Shown: positions 58,276-64,000 of the stretch, piece after piece
Position numbering within the stretch: position 1 is the stretch's first letter
Layout of the letters: every line of letters starts with the position of its first letter
NCBI GenBank assembly: GCA_001773215.1
Contig: MEWB01000001.1
Span: 742,099-806,098 of the forward strand
Direction: 5' to 3'
Source of the DNA: a candidate division WWE3 bacterium RIFOXYC1_FULL_40_10
GTDB lineage: Bacteria > Patescibacteriota > WWE3 > UBA101185 > UBA10185
DNA length: 64,000 bases
The notes under the pieces: generated by a model
What the model was told of the DNA's origin: nothing
What the model saw: only the letters and a program-made list of their open reading frames with translations
Database searches by the model: none
Made by a program: the position numbers and the translations under genes

Positions 58276-59481
58276 ATGTTTAAGCTGCCATTTTTAAATA
58301 AAACTCAAAAATCAGATAGATTTTTAACTATTCACATTAGCACTAGTGAAGTGAAATGCTTAGCCATTTACTGTGAAAACGGGATCTTCAAGATAATTGG
58401 ACATGGCATTGCCGAGCTCGAACCGGGAAATGTAAGAGGCGGGATAATAATAGATAAGGAGAAAGTGGCAACGGCCCTCCAGGACACAATAGAAAAAGCT
58501 ACGGAGCATTCCGAAGAAACCATTTCGGATGTAATTTTTGGTGTGGGAAGCAACCTTTGTACAAGTTTAATGACTACCATACGATCAAAAAGAGCCGCCA
58601 GAACTCCTATCGAAGAAAATGAATTAGAAGACTTATATAGCAAAGTAAACGAAACTGCATTCATTCAAGCCCAAAACGAATTTCTTGAAATTACAGGCGA
58701 TTCTGAGACTGAGCTGGTTTCGATAACCTCTTCAAACGTTTATCTAAAATCCGAAGGCCAAAAAGTGGATTCGTTGATTGGCAAGCCTGCCGGGGTAATT
58801 GAAATAGCTGTGTTCAACTCATACGCTCCAAATTATCACGTTAAAGCTCTTCAACAACTTGCTAAAAAGTGTGAACTTGATATCTTGGCCATCGGATCTG
58901 AACTCTACTCCCTTGTTCAAAATATTATTCAAACTAACAGGGAAACTCTGGATTTCGTAATATTAGACATTGGGACTGACTATACAAATGCTGCTGTTGT
59001 GTTTTCGGGTGGAGTGGTTTCGAACAAGAGTTTGAATATTGGATACTCACACTTTGTTGATGCATTAAATGACCGTATGGGAATAACTGTGGAAGAGTCC
59101 AGAAAGATACTGAGAACTTATTTGGCCGGCGGACTATCCCAATCGGAAGGGTTTGTGGTTTTGGAAGCTCTACGAGACGTGATAGAAGTGTGGCTATTGG
59201 GATTAGAAATGCTATTTAGAGAGTTTTACGGAGTAAAAACTTTCCCATCAAAAATATTTATAACAGGTGCGGGCGCGGATATAAAAGAAATATTGGATTC
59301 TATAAAAACAGAACCATGGACTAAGACTGTACCCTTTAAATCGCCTCCGGTATTTTCTAAACTAAGTTTTTCCGATTTACGGGATATAGTGGATAGCACC
59401 AGTAGGGTAAATAAGTCAGAGTGGGTTTCTGCAGCAAGCCTTGCAGTTATCTATAATGAGATAGGAAATCAAAATGACTAA
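58276..59481 (+). CDS. FtsA/PilM-like actin-fold ATPase
   Basis: HISTSEVK, GGIIID, LDIGTDYT, ITGAGA. Confidence 0.75.
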   Translation: MFKLPFLNKTQKSDRFLTIHISTSEVKCLAIYCENGIFKIIGHGIAELEPGNVRGGIIIDKEKVATALQDTIEKATEHSEETISDVIFGVGSNLCTSLMTTIRSKRAARTPIEENELEDLYSKVNETAFIQAQNEFLEITGDSETELVSITSSNVYLKSEGQKVDSLIGKPAGVIEIAVFNSYAPNYHVKALQQLAKKCELDILAIGSELYSLVQNIIQTNRETLDFVILDIGTDYTNAAVVFSGGVVSNKSLNIGYSHFVDALNDRMGITVEESRKILRTYLAGGLSQSEGFVVLEALRDVIEVWLLGLEMLFREFYGVKTFPSKIFITGAGADIKEILDSIKTEPWTKTVPFKSPPVFSKLSFSDLRDIVDSTSRVNKSEWVSAASLAVIYNEIGNQND

Positions 59482-60997
59482 ACTAGAACTGGAAATTTAC
59501 GAAGACGTTTTCGCTGTCACAAGCAAAATAAAGGAACTTAACGATTCTGGTATTGAGCTTATTATTCCGCAGGGATCAGTGTTATTCGAAAACATCTTGA
59601 ACCTAAAATTGTTAAAAGCACAAGCCGACAAGTTCGAAAAAACAGTTCAATTTACCACAAAAGATACGATAGGCAACACACTAATAGAAATGCTTGAGGA
59701 TAAAAGAGACACCTTTACCTCGACGGAACCGGAGACCGAAAGCCCTAAGGAAATAGTTGCCGTTCCAAAATATAAATTTAACTTTCCGAAAATAAATATG
59801 AAAGCGTTTAAACTACCCAAGTCCAACAAAGCAGTTTTGTTAATTCCTTTAATTTTAGTATTATTCGGAGCCCTTTACTGGTATGTAGGGAAAAAACAAA
59901 CAAAAGCTTTTGCCCAGGTTGTAGTAAAAACGGAACCTTTGGTTAGAAGTGTCACAGTAAGAATTGATGTTAATCAGGTAACTAATCCTGAAACGAAAAT
60001 TCTAAAGGGCGCAACCCTTGCTACTACATATGAAGGAACTCAAAAAATACCAACTACCGGAGAAAAAATTGAGGGTGAAAAAGCCGAAGGTGAAATCATT
60101 ATTTATAATATGACCGACACCGAGGTTAAGTTATCAAAAGGAACTGAATTAACTTACGACAAAGAAAGCTTAAAATTTGAATTAAAGGATGCGGTGACCG
60201 TTGCCGGAAAGTCGTTAACTTCCACCGACGAAACTGAAGGAACAGGCACTTACGTTTTCGGAGAAGCAAAGGCTAGTATAAGAGCAAAAGAAATCGGTGC
60301 CGAGTATAACCTGGATAAAGGGAGAGACTTGCTTGTTAAGAACTATTCCATATCTGAGATAAAAGTTAAAACCAACCAACAACTCTCAGGTGGAAAAAGC
60401 GAAAAAATAAGCGTGGTCACACAGGAAGATAGAACTGCCCTCTCAACAAAGCTTTTAGAGGAAAACAAACAGTTAGCCGGGGATTTGCTTAAAAAACAGC
60501 TGAAATCCGGAGAAAAGCTGGTGGCAGGATCGGAAAGCATAGCCATAGTTAAAGAATCATTCGATTTTAAGGTTGACGATAAAGCAAAGGAATTAACTCT
60601 GGTACAATCGGTTGAAATAAAAGGGTTGGTTTATAAAGTAAAGGAACTCGAAGAATTACTGGACAAACTTGCAGACAATCTAATCCCAGATGGTTACAAA
60701 GCAGCTAACCAGGCAAAGGAAATAAAAGCAGAGGTTCTGGGTAACTCGGATGGAAGTGTTGTAACACCTCTTATAGCCGATATTCAAGCGACCCTAAAAA
60801 CGTATATAATCCCCGATTACGACGAAGCAAAACTGAAGCAACAGCTCCTTAATAAAAACCCCGCTGAGTCCCAAAAAATTCTTGGGGGCTTGCGTGATAT
60901 AAAAACCTACGAATTCAAAATAACCCCGGGCATTCCATTCTTCCAGCGTGTCCCTACGGATCCAAATTTAATTACTATCAAAGTAGTAACCGAGTAA
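59474..60997 (+). CDS. Membrane-anchored protein with baseplate J/gp47-like extracytoplasmic domain
   Basis: Cytoplasmic N-domain, TM, KAEGEIIIYN, GTEL, AKEIGAEYN, LSGG...VTQED. Confidence 0.65.
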   Translation: MTKLELEIYEDVFAVTSKIKELNDSGIELIIPQGSVLFENILNLKLLKAQADKFEKTVQFTTKDTIGNTLIEMLEDKRDTFTSTEPETESPKEIVAVPKYKFNFPKINMKAFKLPKSNKAVLLIPLILVLFGALYWYVGKKQTKAFAQVVVKTEPLVRSVTVRIDVNQVTNPETKILKGATLATTYEGTQKIPTTGEKIEGEKAEGEIIIYNMTDTEVKLSKGTELTYDKESLKFELKDAVTVAGKSLTSTDETEGTGTYVFGEAKASIRAKEIGAEYNLDKGRDLLVKNYSISEIKVKTNQQLSGGKSEKISVVTQEDRTALSTKLLEENKQLAGDLLKKQLKSGEKLVAGSESIAIVKESFDFKVDDKAKELTLVQSVEIKGLVYKVKELEELLDKLADNLIPDGYKAANQAKEIKAEVLGNSDGSVVTPLIADIQATLKTYIIPDYDEAKLKQQLLNKNPAESQKILGGLRDIKTYEFKITPGIPFFQRVPTDPNLITIKVVTE

Positions 60998-61006
60998 TAC
61001 AGCTCA

Positions 61007-61420
61007 ATGGCAGATACCAAGACGTACATAGGGATAGATTATGGTGAAACCAACATAGGGGTAGCCCTGGGAAAGAATGGGTTAGTTAATCCTATAAGTG
61101 TGCTTTCCGGAAAAAACCCCCAGGTAGCTATTAACGAGCTTAACAAACTCGCTCTAAACAATAAGGTAGAATGTTTCGTAGTAGGAATTCCCCTAACAGC
61201 CGAGGGAAAAGAAACAAAAAAATCTTTAAAAATTAGACAATTTTCTAAATTACTTCGAGTATACTCAAAGAAAAAAGTTGTCTTTCAGGATGAACATCAC
61301 AGCTCGATGGATGCACAAAAAGAGATCTTGTCCGAAGGATTATCAAAGAAGAACAGACATACCATCGACCATTACTCTGCCGCATTGATATTAAAACGAT
61401 TTTTCGACGAGAATCAGTAA
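61007..61420 (+). CDS. ruvX: YqgF/RuvX nuclease
   Basis: GIDYGETNIGVA, VVGIP, QDE, IDHYSAALIL. Confidence 0.92.
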   Translation: MADTKTYIGIDYGETNIGVALGKNGLVNPISVLSGKNPQVAINELNKLALNNKVECFVVGIPLTAEGKETKKSLKIRQFSKLLRVYSKKKVVFQDEHHSSMDAQKEILSEGLSKKNRHTIDHYSAALILKRFFDENQ

Positions 61421-61428
61421 GAGGCTAA

Positions 61429-61650
61429 TTACTCAGCCTTTTCCACCTTCATCTTAACTTCTTTTGACTCACAGTGCATACACTCAAAATTCTCGCCGGG
61501 GAGCAAACAGGACGGGCACATATATACACCATCCTTAAGGACAAGTTCCTCTTGTTTGCAGGTATTACACAGGAAAATAACATCATCCTGTGATATTTCT
61601 CCGCAATTTGGACAGATAAATTTAGTATTGGGTTTTATAAGTTCTTCCAT
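61429..61650 (-). CDS. Small double zinc-ribbon protein
   Basis: Four CxxC motifs: CPNC, CNTC, CPSC, CMHC. Confidence 0.75.
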   Translation of the reverse strand: MEELIKPNTKFICPNCGEISQDDVIFLCNTCKQEELVLKDGVYMCPSCLLPGENFECMHCESKEVKMKVEKAE

Positions 61651-61703
61651 ATAGCTATTTTACATAAATTTAATACTTAGTAAAAGATGCTAAAATTTAC
61701 TTA

Positions 61704-61886
61704 ATGGAAATTTTACTTCTTCTTTTGAAAATATACCTGATAATAGGCTTTATCTATGCGTCTTATATCTTTGTGAATAGACTAAACAGGTGGTATATGT
61801 TTCTAATAGACATATTAGTAGGCCCCCTTTTACTTGTATATGTTGTATACGCCGGAGTGATTAAAAAGAGAAAGGTGCCATTTTAG
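61704..61886 (+). CDS. Small 2-TM protein
   Basis: Hydrophobic; -10 box 7 nt upstream; abuts the HAD gene. Confidence 0.6.
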   Translation: MEILLLLLKIYLIIGFIYASYIFVNRLNRWYMFLIDILVGPLLLVYVVYAGVIKKRKVPF

Positions 61887-62630
61887 ATGTATAAAAGACT
61901 TATAGAAGGAAAAAAAGCAATCTTCTTCGACTTGGATGGGACTCTAGTGGACAATGCTCACCTATGGAAAGCAGCGTATAACCGAGTTTTAGAAACTGAA
62001 CGAGGCGCAGGCCTATTTACAGTTGATGACTACTTTGAAATGGGAAAGTCTACCAAAGATCAATGGCTTAACCTAAAAGCAGTGTTAAAAATTGAAACCC
62101 CACTTCAAGAATTAATGGATAAAACTTATACAAACTACCTGCAGCTTGTTAAAGATAGTGAACTTGCACCAAGGGAAGGTTTTACAAGGTTAATGTTCGA
62201 TCTTAAAGACAAAGGACTAAAGATGGCACTAGTTACAGGAACTAAAAGGGATATTACGTCTGAGGTATTAGCCAAGATTCAAGTTGAAAATATCTTTGAT
62301 TTAGTTGTGTGCGGAGACGAAGTTAGAAGAGAGAAACCTGATCCCATGATTTACAAGTATGCTGCCAAAAAGCTTGGTGTAAAGCCAAAGGAAGTGTTGG
62401 TGTTTGAAGATTCTATGATCGGGGCACGCTCCGCAGCAAAAGCCGGCATGGACTTGGCTATATTATGGGACGGAGAAATACCCAGGTATGATTATCCTGG
62501 TAATGTAGTACTATTTTTGGGAGACTTTGTGGCATTGGGAGGAAACCTGGACAAAGATCTTTACGAAACGCTCAAAGACGCTGCCCAATATTTTACCGAT
62601 TTAAGAAATAACCCTGGAAAAGTGGATTAA
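61887..62630 (+). CDS. HAD-superfamily phosphatase (beta-PGM/CbbY-like)
   Basis: FDLDGTL, VTG, KPDP, FEDS. Confidence 0.92.
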   Translation: MYKRLIEGKKAIFFDLDGTLVDNAHLWKAAYNRVLETERGAGLFTVDDYFEMGKSTKDQWLNLKAVLKIETPLQELMDKTYTNYLQLVKDSELAPREGFTRLMFDLKDKGLKMALVTGTKRDITSEVLAKIQVENIFDLVVCGDEVRREKPDPMIYKYAAKKLGVKPKEVLVFEDSMIGARSAAKAGMDLAILWDGEIPRYDYPGNVVLFLGDFVALGGNLDKDLYETLKDAAQYFTDLRNNPGKVD

Positions 62631-62884
62631 TCCACAAACTGAAATATTATGTGCTCGATTTTTAATATGTAGGTTGGTCTTTTGGCCCATTTTACAACCT
62701 TCCACAAGCTTTTCTCGTCACCGCTAACCAATAACTCGGCATCGTCCAAAGAGGAATAGTTGATATCTTCGTATTTCATGCCATGTAAACGAATCTTGGT
62801 TTTTAGCACCAGATCAGCCCAAAGCCTTTGAAACTTGCCTTTTATACGAATTTTTAGTTTTTTAGCCGAATTTTCTTTATTCAT
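62627..62884 (-). CDS. Small protein with degenerate acylphosphatase-like fold
   Basis: AAAGGAG then ATG at 62884; IRIKGKFQ...ELLVSGD...VKWAKRP pattern. Confidence 0.5.
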   Translation of the reverse strand: MNKENSAKKLKIRIKGKFQRLWADLVLKTKIRLHGMKYEDINYSSLDDAELLVSGDEKSLWKVVKWAKRPTYILKIEHIIFQFVD

Positions 62885-62974
62885 AGAACTCCTTTCCAGA
62901 CGATAGAACACTATAACACAGTATGTACCATTTAGCAACTCCCTTTTTGAACAGGGAAGCTGTATAATTGACTC

Positions 62975-63550
62975 ATGTATTTGCTTAAATCCTTCGTAAA
63001 AAACCCTGAAAAAACACACTACTACGGAGAGGACAACGATGAGCAGATCCTATTTGTATTTAGAGCAAGTATGTTAACAATAATTCCCTGGGTAACTCTC
63101 TCTGCCCTTTTTGCAATACTGCCTGTATTTGTTGTACCTGCACTTAGTTCTTTGCATTACAACGGAACAAATCTAATATCCGGAGGCTTTTTATTCTCAT
63201 TTTTGTTGTTTTGGTATTTATTCTCACTTGGTTATTTTTTTCAGAACTTTTTAAACTGGTACTTTAATGTACATATTGTTACCAGCAAAAAAATCGTTGA
63301 TATGGATTTTCATGGCATACTTTATAAGAATATTTCCGAAACTACCTTGACAAACATTGAGGATGTCACATCCACTGTAAAAGGAACCATTGGAATTGTT
63401 TTCAATATAGGTGATGTAATAATTCAAACTGCGGCGGAAAACCCTGAGTTTGAGTTTAGCAAGGTAGCAAACCCCGCTAAAATCAGGGACTTAATTGCAG
63501 ACTTAGTTGCTGTAAGGAGGAAAGATGACCCTAATAGACGTAATAACTAA
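62975..63550 (+). CDS. Membrane protein with bacterial PH domain
   Basis: 2 TM, then IVTSKKIVD, NIEDVT, FNIGDVIIQTA. Confidence 0.8.
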   Translation: MYLLKSFVKNPEKTHYYGEDNDEQILFVFRASMLTIIPWVTLSALFAILPVFVVPALSSLHYNGTNLISGGFLFSFLLFWYLFSLGYFFQNFLNWYFNVHIVTSKKIVDMDFHGILYKNISETTLTNIEDVTSTVKGTIGIVFNIGDVIIQTAAENPEFEFSKVANPAKIRDLIADLVAVRRKDDPNRRNN

Positions 63551-63764
63551 CATTGCAACCCCCGGCGGATTTGTTACTTTTATTGAGCTAATAATCGTGC
63601 TCGTTATGGGCTTGTACGTACTCTACTCCTTTATAGTCTTAAGACAGGTCGATCTTATGAATAAGAGTTTAATGACCCCTGAGGGAAGTTTATTTAAATT
63701 ATTGGGGTGGTTTCACTTTGTATCCGCGCTAATTATTCTCTTTTTGGGTATAATGGCATTATGA
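63525..63764 (+). CDS. Small 2-TM protein (DUF5657-like)
   Basis: YSFIVLRQVDLMNKSL motif between two TMs. Confidence 0.65.
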   Translation: MTLIDVITNIATPGGFVTFIELIIVLVMGLYVLYSFIVLRQVDLMNKSLMTPEGSLFKLLGWFHFVSALIILFLGIMAL

Positions 63765-64000
63765 AAAAACGCCTCATAGCAAAGTTGCAGAAATTGGAAC
63801 CTGCTTTAAATCCCGGGTCGAATGTTTTTTCAAAATGCATCTCGATAGAACCCGAGACCAAGGACAAGAGACTAAAAAAAGGTTTAGTATATGGTGTTTT
63901 TTCTTTTTCCTCTCCATACACTATTGATAGTGCAGTGGTTGAAAAAATAGTGAACGATGTAATCGAGGATTCCTATTATCAATCTGACAACATTTCCCCC
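63761..64000 (+). CDS. Hypothetical protein, 5' part (truncated by the window end)
   Basis: ATGA overlap; open to the window end: MKKRLIAKLQKLEP...DVIEDSYYQSDNISP. Confidence 0.65.
   Translation, partial: MKKRLIAKLQKLEPALNPGSNVFSKCISIEPETKDKRLKKGLVYGVFSFSSPYTIDSAVVEKIVNDVIEDSYYQSDNISP

Noticed and set aside
59474-60997. Prophage or contractile injection system suggested by the baseplate-J-like domain
   Set aside because: No sheath, tube, terminase, capsid or integrase genes. The protein has a TM anchor and sits among housekeeping genes.
429-63921. Numerous 60-160 aa antisense or alternate-frame ORFs in the track (e.g. 8205-8687, 16362-16820, 39081-39512)
   Set aside because: They shadow well-supported genes and lack motifs or initiation signals.
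1-64000. CRISPR array, tRNA/rRNA, IS element or integron attC array
   Set aside because: By eye I found no regularly spaced direct repeats, cloverleafs, transposase or integrase. The cassette-flanking hairpins differ in sequence and look like ordinary terminators.

Overview
Low-GC, gene-dense bacterial chromosome segment. Its gene repertoire and streamlined proteins (short MetG, Pgk, HrcA, TrxA; FemABX pair, sortase, LCP, VirB4-like ATPase, FtsA-like plus baseplate-J-like pair) suggest a Patescibacteria/CPR organism, perhaps WWE3 or Microgenomates; this is inference, as the window has no rRNA. Housekeeping genes include metG, rmuC, two UvrD-family helicases, rsmA, gap-pgk-tpiA, holA, rpsT, murJ, lepA, groESL, rnhA, hrcA-grpE-dnaK and ruvX. 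I found no CRISPR array, tRNA/rRNA, integrase or transposase. Main findings: (1) an apparently self-contained Tat export locus at 40.1-46.2 kb: a small twin-arginine protein, an 800-aa signal-less beta-rich protein, tatC, a tatA missed by the ORF track, a membrane-anchored SH3 protein and a minimal PrsW protease; (2) a half-size aldehyde:ferredoxin oxidoreductase homologue with a one-cluster ferredoxin inside the gap-pgk-tpiA cluster; (3) two translation-initiation regimes, with core genes apparently leaderless and dispersed orphan cassettes carrying strong AAGGAG sites, some sharing a CTATAGG-TTG(A/C)C promoter motif; (4) an ORF-less, promoter-driven three-hairpin RNA candidate at about 15.0 kb; (5) a sortase convergent with a VPDGG-tailed probable substrate. 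All product calls come from reading motifs by eye, with no database search.
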